Assembly: GCA_963422375.2 (NCBI GenBank)
Contig: OY729427.2
Location: 640,001 to 704,000 of the forward strand
Length of the DNA: 64,000 nt
Origin: Bryobacterales bacterium
GTDB lineage: Bacteria > Acidobacteriota > Terriglobia > Bryobacterales > UBA6623
Direction: 5' to 3'
In this document: piece after piece, positions 11,201 through 21,600 of the stretch
Numbering within the stretch: position 1 is the stretch's first letter
Layout of the letters: the number at the start of each line of letters is the position of its first letter
Translations under genes and position numbers: made by a program
The notes under the pieces: model-generated
Seen by the model: the letters and a program-made list of their open reading frames with translations, nothing else
Database searches by the model: none
Told to the model about the DNA's origin: nothing

Positions 11201-12081
11201 TATATATGAGTGCCGACAGGGCCATATCCGGCTAGAACTGCTCTAATCGGGGAGGTCTGCGTCTAGCTCGGGCGATTTGTGAGCGGCCGCGGCGGACGGC
11301 GAAACGTGGATTCGTGTCTGAATCGCACCTGCAGGCGGATTTCACGGCGCACGGGACTAGAGAGGCCGCCTCGGACGCCCCGGTGGAACCCGGTCCGTCG
11401 CGGAGGGGCGCGCTGCCAAGCGGATTTCATGCTCTCCGGGGGCCAAGGAGACTGGATCCCTAGCTCGAGACTACCTGCATGAATTGTCCGGGCTGGACAT
11501 GGATCGCGCCGAAGGATTCCGGACCCGGAGCGCCCTTCGCTCCGAGCGTGAACAGAGCCAGCGGATAACCGCCAAGCCGCCCTCAGACCGCGACCGTGGC
11601 CTTGCCGACGAGCTGCCGATGTATCAGCATCTTGTCCACCAGTCTCCGCGCCATGTGCCACGTCCGTTCCGCCGTGTCGCAGTTGCAGGCGTTGCGCCGT
11701 CCCGCGAACTACGCGAGGTAGCGCCCGAGATAACGCACGCTCATGTGGTGATGGGTTCCGTAGAGGCCGCGCTTGAAGAGGGCCCAGAACGATTCAATTT
11801 CTCGGGGCATTTCTCTTTCATTGACGGCCACACTTGGTGAAACTATCCTACGAATGTTCTCCACGAATTGTCAACAGAGATTCGGAAAGAGATTCGGAAT
11901 TACAGTGGATATCTTTTTTGACTCGCCCATTCAACTCCGAAGTGCGACACGCGGGTAAGGGGCGGCGGGCTGGGATACTAGGACCACAGTAGCAGATCCA
12001 GCGGCGCCGGACAAGCCGCTGCCGGGCCGAAGCGGGGGGCCGCGTCCCGGGCAGGTGGGCATGCGTGCCCCGTTTCCGGAA

Positions 12082-13597
12082 GGGAATTATATATCTGAGT
12101 GCCGAGTCAACCGATTTTGCAAATTATCAGTCCATAAATTAATTTCATATTTCTTCCGGAGATCTGTTGACAGTCGGTGGAGTATTTTGATAGAATAGTT
12201 CCAATATATGAGGTCGTCTATGAAGCAAAAAGGTCCCGGGAAGTGGTTTCGTAAAGGCATCACTCTGATTGAAGTGATCGCCATGTTCCGCGATGACGAA
12301 TCCGCGGAAAAGTGGTTCGCCTCCATGCGCTGGCCCAACGGTCCGGTATGCCCCCACTGCCGCGGCTCCAGCGTGCAGTCCGGCACGGCCCACCCTTCGA
12401 TGCCGTACCGTTGCCGCGGCTGCGGCAAGCGCTTTTCCGTGCGCACTGGCAGCGTGATGGCCGACACCAAGCTCGGCTACCGCACCCGGGCCGTCGCCCT
12501 GTTCCTGCTGACTACCGGCATCAAGGGCGTCTCAAGCATGAAGCTGCACCGCGACCTGGGCATCAGCCAAAAGTCGGCCTGGCACCTGGCGCACCGCATC
12601 CGCGCGTGCTGGGAGCGCGATCAGGGCCTGTTCGCCGGCCCGGTGGAGGTGGACGAGACCTACGTCGGCGGCAAGGAACGCAACAAGCACGAGAGGAAGA
12701 AGGCCCGCGCCGGGCGCGGGCCCGTCGGCAAGACCCCGGTGGCGGGGGCGCGGGACCGCGCCACGAACGCAGTGGCCGCGCGGCCGCTGCCGGGCACCGC
12801 CGAGGGCGATCTGCAGGGCTTCGTGCGCGCCCGCGTCGCGCCGGGGGCACAGGTCCGCTCCGACGAGGCGGCGGCCTACGCCGGCATGGCGGAGTTCCCG
12901 CACGAAGCCGTCAGGCACTCCGGCGGCGAGTACGTGCGCGGGGCAGCGCATACGAACGGCATCGAGTCGTTTGGGTCCCTGTTCAAGCGCGGCCTGTACG
13001 GCACCTATCACCGGATGAGCGTCCGTCATCTCGGCCGCTACCTCACGGAGTTCGCGGGACGGTGCAACGACCGCGACTGCGACACGGCGGAACAGATGCG
13101 GCGCATGGCGCGGGGCCTGGTCGGCCGGACGCTGACCTACCGGCAGCTGACCGGCAAAACCGCAGTCGCGGCCCGAGCGGCGCCCTCCGCGCCGAGCGCC
13201 GCAGCCCGCTGCCGACGCACTCTTCACGCTCGATGCGCTTCATGCTCGGTGCGAGGGGCGCGCCGGATCTGGAATCCCCCGGCGCGACCCGCGTCCGGCC
13301 CGGACCGTCCATGCAGGCCGTCGAGCGCCGGGGATCCGCTGTCTTCGGCCCTCGCAGGGCACGCAATCGGCTTGCAAGGGGTGCCCTCCACCGCCAACCG
13401 GATTCCACCGGGGCAGGCGAGGGGGCCTCTCTTATCCGTGCCTCGTCCATTCCGCTGGCAGGTTCGATTCAGATACGATCCCACCTTGCCGTGCCTACCG
13501 CGGCCGCATTCGAATGACCCGAGCCAGACGCCGACCTCCCTGCTCACAGCAGTTCTCGTCGGACATGGCGTTGTCGGCACTCAGATATATAATTCCC
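12082..13597 (+). mobile_element. IS1595-family element, full length
   Basis: TIRs GGGAATTATATATCTGAGTGCCGA / TCGGCACTCAGATATATAATTCCC; exact 8-bp TSD TTCCGGAA at 12074-12081 and 13598-13605. Confidence 0.97.
12220..13176 (+). CDS. IS1595 transposase (318 codons); the ancestral TGA is now CGA at 13174, so the ORF reads through to 14046
   Basis: CPHC..CRGC Zn ribbon, VEVDETYVGG, SDE, HTNGIESF; sister copies stop at the homologous codon. Confidence 0.88.
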
Positions 13598-13609
13598 TTC
13601 CGGAACGGG

Positions 13610-13664
13610 GACCCTCCGGGCCTTGCGCAGGGAGCGGAGCGACCGCAGCAAGGCCCGGAGGGTC
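13610..13664. repeat. Perfect 17-bp inverted repeat (hairpin) in the IS30 downstream region
   Basis: GACCCTCCGGGCCTTGC (13610-13626) / GCAAGGCCCGGAGGGTC (13648-13664). Confidence 0.9.
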
Positions 13665-15022
13665 GAATCCGCGCCTGTCCGGGCGCAGCTCCCCCGCGCC
13701 CCTGTCCGGGGCGGCGGGCTGCCAGCCCTGCCTCAGCCCCGCGGCACCCGCTCCCGCTCCGCCGGGAAGACTTCCTCCGGCGTGCGCCCGCCCGGCACCT
13801 TCCGCGGACGCCGGTTCAGGCGGTCCCGCGCCTCCCGCACCCGGGCCGGGTCCACCCGCCGCAGGTCCGTCCCCTGCGGGAAGTACTGCCGCGGCAGCCC
13901 GTTGGCATGCTCGTTCAGCCCGCGCTCCCAGGAGTGGCAGGGCCGCGCGAAGTAGAAGCCCGCCCCCAGCCGCTGCGCCACCTCCCGGTGCCTCCCGGTG
14001 CCCCGCGAACTCCTTGCCGCGAACTCCTTGCCGTTGTCGGCCGTGATCGTGTGCGTCACGGCCCCGCTCCCTGCGAGCATGGCCGTCATCGCCGCCCCGA
14101 CCAGCTGCGCCGTGCGCCGGCTAACCGGCTGCACTAGCAGGTACTTAGAGAACCGGTCCACCAGCGTCACCAGCGCTCCGCGATGTCCGCGCGCCCCGGG
14201 ATCAGGCCGCGGCCCGCCGTCCGGCCGACCCGCCGGACGCGCTTGCGGCCGCCCTGCCTCGGGTGCCGGTACAGCCGGCCCCCCTGCCGCCGCTCCGCGC
14301 GCACCAGCTGGTAGATCCGTTCGGGACTGATCTCCAGCGCCCCTTCCCGCTTCAGCCGCGCCGCGACCTGCCCCGGGCTCCTGCTCCGGGCTCCAGTCCC
14401 GCCGCAGGCAGTCCTCGCTCCGCGCCCGCAGCGCCGACGTCAGCTGGCGCGGCCGGCACGCCGCCGCGCGCCGCCGCCGCTCCGCGCGCTCCTGCGCGCT
14501 CCCCCAGCTGTAGCTCGCCGCGCGCTCGCCCTCCGCCGGTCGGCCGTTGCGGCCCACTTCCCGGTAGATCGTGGCCCGCTTGCGGCCCGGCTGCCCGGCG
14601 ATCCTGTCCGCTCCCCAGCCCGCCGCCCGCAGCGTCTCCATCCGGCAGCGCTCCTCCTGCGTCACGTGCGTGTAGCTCTTCCGCATCCGCCTCCCTGCTC
14701 CTTCCAGCACCTACCAGCCTACTGCCGCGACACCACCGCTCGCTGCCCCCCTCTCCCCTCCCTGCCATCTTGTGGCTCGGCGCGTGTCGCACTTCGGAGT
14801 TGCATGGGCGACTTGATAACTTGCCGAATTAGTAGCCTAGGAACTCAGCCAAATAATCCGAAAGGCATAAGTGAGTATCCGAAGACTTCGGAAAAGTCGG
14901 CTGCAAGGTCAGCCAGCGCGGTCAGCGCGACCCCCGCCCGAGATGTCGTCATCTTTCTCGATCATCGACTCGACAAGCGAGTCGAAGACATTCGTTCGTT
15001 TCTTGCACTCGTCGCAAATGAT

Positions 15023-16425
15023 GGGAATTATAGACCTGAGTGCCAAAGGCATTGAATCGACTAGGAATTGCTTGGTTCGGAGGAGTCGGATTCCACACGG
15101 AAATGCGACTCGAGAGGCGTCGCCGCATCTTGATCGGATCCGGAGATCAAGGTGAACGCAATTGCAGTTCCGGTCGGTTCAGCACGTCCTACCACGCTTT
15201 AAGTCGAGCGTTAATGCGAGCGTTACGGCGTGGAAATGCCCTCTGGGATCAGGTGTCGGAATGCTGCATTCGGCTTGCCGGCATCGGACGGTTTCTGTTG
15301 CGCCTGCCTGCCGGCAATACGCCCGGAAGGCGCAATCCTGCAACCGGTGCGCAGAGCTGGCCGTTCAGGCCGCAGCCGCGGCTTCCCCGGTCATCTGCCG
15401 GTAGGTCAGCGTCTTGCCGAACAGGCCCCGCGCCATGCGCTCCAGCTGCTCCCAGGTGTCCAGGACACGGAAGTTGAGCCGCCCCGCGAACTCGGTCAGA
15501 TAGCGCTTGAGGTGCTGCAGGCTCATGCGGCGATAGGTCCCGTAAAGGCCGCGCTTGAACAGGGACCAAGAGGATTCGATGCCGTTCGTGTGCGCCCTTC
15601 CGCGTACGTATTCGCCGCGCGAATGCCTGACTGCCTCCCGATCGAAATCGTCCATTCCGGCGTAGCCCGCGGCATCGTCGGAATGGATCTTCGCGTCCGG
15701 TCTCGCGTGCTCGCGCACGAAGCCCTGCAGCTCCGACTTCGCCGGAAGCTCGGTCTCGCGCGCCCGCGACTGGAATCTTGCCGACCGGCCCGCGGCCTGC
15801 CTTCAGCTTCTTTGACTCGTGCTTGTTGCGCTCCTTGCCGCCGATGTAAGTCTCGTCGACCTCCACCGGCCCGCCGAACGGATTCCGGCCCCGCGCGCAG
15901 CAGGCTCGGATGCGATGTCCTAAGTGCCAAGCCGACTTCCGGCTGATGCCGAGGTCGCGGTGCAGCTTCATGCTGGAGACGCCCTTGAGACCGGTCGTCA
16001 GCAGGAAGATGGCGATGGCCCGGACGCGGTAGCCGAGCTTGGAGCCGGCCATGACGCTGCCGGTGCGCACCGAAAAGCGCTTGCCGCAGGCACGGCAGCG
16101 GTAAGGCATGGAGGGATATGCACTGCCGCACTGCACGTTGGCATTGCGGCAGTACGGGCAGGAGATCCGGTCGGGACAGCGAACCGAAGCGAACCACCTT
16201 TCTGCGGGTTAGTCATCGGAAAACATGGCGGTCACTTGCATCAAGTAGATGCCTTTGCGAAATCAATTTCCGGGACCTTTCTGCTGCACTTAAATCCTTT
16301 CTATCTGGAACTATCCTACCTCAGTTGAAGGCAGAATATCAATGCATTATCGGCAGTTTATGAATTTTTTATTTCGGACAAATCACTCTGGATTCATCGC
16401 CTCGACACTCAGGTATATAATTCCC
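15023..16425 (-). mobile_element. IS1595-family element with frameshifted transposase (about 15365-16289)
   Basis: TIRs GGGAATTATAGACCTGAGTG / CACTCAGGTATATAATTCCC; exact 8-bp TSD CAAATGAT at 15015-15022 and 16426-16433; VEVDETYIGG and HTNGIES lie in different frames. Confidence 0.95.
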
Positions 16426-17049
16426 CAAATGATGGCTTCCGCGGGACTCAGCAGCAGCAGGGTCACGTCGACCGGGCTGAAGCATTCTTCGGAGAGCAAC
16501 TAGCACGGCGGCATAGTCGGTGTCGGCGAGCTGCTCGGGTTGCCGCAGGTGCCGCGACCGATCGAAACGGACCTGCAGCTTGTCGGGAGAGCCACGATCG
16601 AGCCGCTCGGCGGACGTTAGATCGGTGATTGGCCGCGTGTCGGCCCGAATCCGGTTTCAAGGGCCCGGTCCAAGGCAGGCGGGCGTCGCCGAGCAGGACG
16701 CCTTGATGCTGTCGCACGGAGAGAGCTGGCGACGCGGCACGGCGCGCTGCCGGTGTCTTGGAGCCAGCGGCCCTAACCGGGCGGAGTTGCAAATCACCGC
16801 GGATCCGGCTATTCTCTCCCTGCGAGCGGAACGGAAACCCGAGTCGCCCGGAAGGCACTCCGCCAGCACCCTGATCGGATGAGCTCGCCCGTGATCAATG
16901 CGCCGGAAGGGGACGGCCCTGCGAGCTCCCCAAGTTCCGCGGAGCGGTCGGGTGCCAGCTGGAAGCAGCAATTTGCGGGGACCGGAGGATCCGGGGGTCC
17001 GCAACTCCCGGATCCAGCGTCGGCGCCCAAGCTCCTCGGGGTTCTCGGG

Positions 17050-18597
17050 ATGTTGGGACCTCATCTTCGGGCGACGCTGATCGGAAGCTGGCTGCTGACG
17101 GCCCTCTCGATCGCTGCCGCGCCCGACACAGCTGACCGCCTCCGGAACTCCGTGCAGCACATGCAGCGGGGCGACTTGGCCGCCGCCGAGGCCGAGGCTT
17201 CCCTAGCCCTTGGCGATCCGCGCAGCAAGCCTGTCGCGCAAGCGCTACTGGGCTCCATCCGCATGCAGCAGAAGCGCTTCGAAGAAGGCAAGGACCTTCT
17301 CGAGCGCGCGGTGGCGGCCGATCCGAATCTGGTCGGAGCGCGACTCAACCTAGCGCAGGCTCATGCCCTGCTCGGGAACGAGGATCAAGCGGAATCGATC
17401 TACCGAACGGTCCTCGCACTGGAGCCAGGCAACGTGAATGCCCGGATGGCTCTGGCCCGGACCGAGAGCTCGCAGGGAAATTACCGGCAGGCCCTCGAAA
17501 TCGCCGACCCGGTCGAACCGCAGCTGCGCGCCTCGCCCGACGGCTTGATGGCGCTCGCTGAGGCGCACGCCGGCCTCGGGAATGGGCAGGCTCTCCGGAG
17601 CCTCGTCAGCGACTGGGAGGGCCTGAGGGGCGCGCCCCGGGCGTGGACGGTCCGATTCGCGCTCCTCGTCTCGCGGGGCGGCCTGAACCGGGCGGCCATC
17701 CGGCTGCTCGAGCAGCTCAAGCGCGAGGGCCTCGTGTCCTTCGACGTGGCATTCAATCTAGCAGGCTTCTACCTCCTCGAGAACGACTTGGCAAAGGCCT
17801 CCGCCAACTACGAGCTGGCCGTCGAATTCAACGACGAGTCCGTTCCCGCGCTGCGTCAGGTGGCTCGCATCGCTGAACGGCAGGGCGAATTCGAGAAGGC
17901 GCTCTCGTTTCTGATCCGCGCCAAGCTCGAGGCCCCCGAGGATCCGGACGTGCAGCTTTCCTTCGGAATGGTCGCATTGCGGCTGGAGTTCATCGAAGAC
18001 GCCACCAGCGCCCTGGAGAAAGCTCTCGAGGTGCGGCCCGGCCACAGGACCACCCGGTACTGGCTGGGCACCGCTCGCGGGGCGGCCCGCCAATACGACG
18101 AGTCGCTCGAGCTCTACCGCGGGCTTCTCGCGGAAAGGCCCGACGACGCGCAGCTGCACTATGCCGTCGGGTCGGTGTACTACCTGAAGGTCGCCTTCGA
18201 GGACGCTGCCCGGCATCTCGCCGAGAGCTGCAAGCTGGATCCCGGGCAGGTGCTCTCCCCGTACTATCTCGCGATGATCGCCCAGAAGCAGGGGCGCAAC
18301 GAAACGGCCGCAGGAATGTTCCGGGAGATTCTCGAAGACCACCCGGACCACGGTCTCTCCTACGAAGGCCTGGCGGTTTCCCTGTTCAAGCAGAGGCAGT
18401 ACGAGCCGGCAAGGGCGAACTTTCGCAAGGCACTCGCCCTGAACCCCGACTCAGCGCGCACACGCTACCAGCTCGGGCAACTTCTGATTCGCATGGGATT
18501 GCGCGAGGAGGCGAAGCGGCAACTCGCCCTCGCCAAGGGCCTGCGCGAGGAAGAGGAAAATAACCAGCTCGTGCGGACGCTCCTGAACCCGCACTAG
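17050..18597 (+). CDS. Tetratricopeptide repeat protein (likely exported)
   Basis: Hydrophobic leader, then repeated TPR units (ARLNLA, ALALNPDSARTRYQLG); start uncertain. Confidence 0.85.
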   Translation: MLGPHLRATLIGSWLLTALSIAAAPDTADRLRNSVQHMQRGDLAAAEAEASLALGDPRSKPVAQALLGSIRMQQKRFEEGKDLLERAVAADPNLVGARLNLAQAHALLGNEDQAESIYRTVLALEPGNVNARMALARTESSQGNYRQALEIADPVEPQLRASPDGLMALAEAHAGLGNGQALRSLVSDWEGLRGAPRAWTVRFALLVSRGGLNRAAIRLLEQLKREGLVSFDVAFNLAGFYLLENDLAKASANYELAVEFNDESVPALRQVARIAERQGEFEKALSFLIRAKLEAPEDPDVQLSFGMVALRLEFIEDATSALEKALEVRPGHRTTRYWLGTARGAARQYDESLELYRGLLAERPDDAQLHYAVGSVYYLKVAFEDAARHLAESCKLDPGQVLSPYYLAMIAQKQGRNETAAGMFREILEDHPDHGLSYEGLAVSLFKQRQYEPARANFRKALALNPDSARTRYQLGQLLIRMGLREEAKRQLALAKGLREEEENNQLVRTLLNPH

Positions 18598-18624
18598 CAG
18601 GGGCACCGGAAGTCGAGTCTGCTC

Positions 18625-21600
18625 GTGCGCACCGCCAGAGACCTTCCGCGAACCCGGAACGCATTCGCACCGCGGCGGCAGGCCCGGTTGACGCGGGGAC
18701 TGGCATCGCTCGCACTCTGGTGGGCGATCGCTCCGGCCGTCGCGCAGGACCGGCCCTCCGACCACTACCTTCGCGGGATCCGCCTGCTCGAGCAAGAGCT
18801 GTGGGATCCGGCGATCTACGAGTTCCATGAGGCGCTCAAGCAGGCTCCCGACGAGGCCGCGACCCACATCGCGATGGGGGTCGCCCTCAGCAACAAGGGC
18901 GCGGCGGACCTCGCGGTGGGAGCCTTCCGCAACGCAGCCGAGCTCCAGCCGGAATCGACGGAGGCCCGGTTCAACCTCGGGCTGGCACTTAGGAACGCCG
19001 GCCTGGCGGACCAGGCCATCAAGGAACTCGAGCAGTCGATCAGGCTGGATCCGACCCTCGAGCAGGGGCGCTTCGAATTGGGACTGCTCCTGCAGGGAGA
19101 GGGTCTATGGGAACGGTCCACCGAGGTGTTCGAGCAGATTCTGGAGCGGAATCCGGCCGCCGCCATGGCGCACCACTGGGTCGGCGTGGCCTACCAGCAG
19201 CGTGAGGATTTCGGCAAGGCCATCGCCTCGTTCCGGAGCGCCATCGAGATCGAGCCGAGCCTGGTGCGGGCGCACAACAGTCTCGGCACGCTCCTGGCCG
19301 AGACCGGCAGTATGGAAGCGGCGGTCGAATCGTTCCGCACGGCCTTGGAACTACAGCCGGGTAGCGCCGACATTCGCATGAATCTCGGCGTCGCCCTGCG
19401 AACCGTCGGGGAGGGCGAAGCCGCTGTCCGGCAGTTCCAGGAGATTCTGGCTGCGGGCGCGGTTGGCTTCGCGACGGAGGGCCCGGGTCCGGACTTTTTC
19501 GCCGAAGTGCAGCACCAGGTCGGCCAGACGCTGCGCGGGCGTGACCCTGCCGGTGCCGCGGAGGCATACGAGAAGGCCTTGGAGCTCAATCCCGAGAAGC
19601 TCGAGTCCTACTACGGCCTAGGCCAGGCCCTCAAGCGGCTCGCTGCCCGTTCAAGGGGTGGGCCGCAAGTCCGGTCCGCTGAGGTTGGCGCGGTTCGTAT
19701 CGCGAGGGCCCGTAGCGCGGCATCCAGCGGCGACCTCGCCGCCGCCCGGTCCGAGCTCGAGCAAGCCCTCGAGGCCGCGCCCGAATTCGCCCCGGCTCAC
19801 AGCCTGCTGGGCTTCGTGCTAGGCCAGCAGGGCGACTTGGAAGGATCCGTGCAGCGCCTCCGCGAGGCGATCTCGCTCTCGCCCCGGTTTGCAGAGCCGC
19901 GTTACCACCTAGGCCTAGCCCTCTGGTACCAAGGCCGGCGTACGGAGGCCACTGCCGAGCTTGAGGAGGCGCTGCGGCTGGACCCGGCGATGGCCGAGGC
20001 GTGCGCGTTCCTAGGCATGGCCTACAGGGAGCAGCGGCGCGACGACGACGCGCGGCGCTATCTCCAGCGCGCGATCGCGCTCAAGCGGGAGATGCCGGGA
20101 CCGTACGTGGATCTGGGAGTGGTCTTCCTGCGCGAGCGTCGTGGCGACTGGGCGCTCGGACAGTTCGAGGCTGCTCTCAATCTGCCCCGAAGCGCCGGGG
20201 CCATTCCGGATCTCGACGTTCCGATCACGGCGCTGCGCGCCGAGCTGCGGCGCAACCCGAACAGCGCGCAAGCGCACAACGTCCTCGGCCGGCTCCTCGG
20301 CAGGGCGGGTGCCGATCCTCAGGAGGTCGCGAAGGCGTTTCGGGAAGCGGTCCGCCTGCGGCCCGAGTTCCCCGAAGCGCTCAACAACCTAGGGCTGGTC
20401 CTGACCCAGACCGACCGGACCGAGGAAGCGCTCGCCGCCTTTCGCGAGGCCGTGCGCATCCGTCCCGACTTCGCTCAGGCGCGCGCGAACCTAGGCGGCG
20501 CCTTGGTGATCGTCGACGAAGACGAGGCCGTCCGGGAGCTCGAAGCGGCGCTGGACATCAACCCGGGCCTAGTCAACGCGCACTACAACCTGAGCCGAGC
20601 GCACAGCCAGAAGGCGGATCGCGAACGGGAGATCAAGCACCTGCGCAAGGCCCTATCGCTCGACCCAGGATTCGCCAAAGCGCACCTCTTCCTAGGGCGG
20701 GCGCTGGTCGCGGAGCGGCGGATCGACGAGGCGGTAGAGCACTTCGAGCGGGCACTCGAGCTCGACCCGGGCCTCGGCGAAGCCCGCTATCAGCTCGGCC
20801 TCGCGTTGGTGCGCGTCGGCCGGCGCGAGGAAGCGCAGGAGCACCTACGAGCCAGCCGCCCGCTCATCTCGGAAAGACAGCAGGGCGAAACGGCAACCGT
20901 GCTCATGCGCCAGGCACGGGAAGCGCTGGGACGCGGAGCGGCCGGCGAGGCGGTCGACAAGCTGCGCCAAGTGGTCAGCCTGGCCCCGGGCTATCTCGAC
21001 GCCCAACTGGCGCTGGGCGAGGCGCTGGCGCGCATTGGCGAGGACAAGGCGTCCGCCGGGACCTTCCGGCGCGCCTTGGAGTTGCGTCCGGACTCCTACT
21101 CCGCCTTCCTCGGCCTCGGCCGGGCACTGCAATCCGCCGGTCGGCCAGAGGAGGCAGCCTCCGCGTTTCGCACTGCCGTGAAGCTGCGACCGTCCTCGAC
21201 CGAGGCGCTCGAGCTGGAGGCGCAAGCCCTGCTCGAGAGCGGCAACGAGGCTGGCGCGCTGGAGTCCTTCCGCGAGGTCACGAAGCTAGATCCGGAGAAC
21301 CAATCGGCCCGCGAGCAGCTCGGGCGAATTGCGAGGCTCAGGCAAGAGCGGCGCAGGACCGAACTCCTTGCGTCCCTGATCGAGCCCGGCGCCCCGCGAC
21401 TGGCTTCGCCGGACATCCTAGGCACGGACATGGACGATCCGGCCTTTGTCCGCATGGTCGAGTCCGAGATGCGGGCAGAGAGCTACTCCCAGACCGAAAC
21501 CCGCCTGCGGCAGTACCTCCAGGACAATCCCGATTCCTGGTGGGGCCACTACGCCCTGGGCTACGCCTGCTTCGCCCAGCGGAAGATCGGAGAATCCGTC

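Larger units (their letters stand above)
11924..14810 (-). mobile_element. IS30-family element, degenerate, carrying a nested IS1595; transposase pseudogene about 13733-14686
   Basis: TIRs CGCCCATTCAACTCCGAAGTGCGACACGCG / CGCGTGTCGCACTTCGGAGTTGCATGGGCG; 3-bp TSD ACT; YTHVTQEER..TIYREV.RN, WSPEQ, TITADNGKEFA, WERGLNE..NG, LNRRPRK. Confidence 0.92.
11201..14860 (-). mobile_element. Decayed internal-deletion derivative of the IS1595 (GGGAATTAT-ended) family, interrupted by IS30
   Basis: 11201 TATATATGAGTGCCGACA matches the right TIR; about 11583-11800 encodes the transposase C-terminus (WALFKRGLYG..HMS.RYL); about 11810-11920 and 14812-14860 match the left end of the 12082 and 60871 copies. Confidence 0.7.

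Noticed and set aside
12208..14046. 612-aa transposase with a novel C-terminal domain
   Set aside because: Explained by a TGA>CGA stop loss; the extension crosses the TIR and runs antisense to IS30
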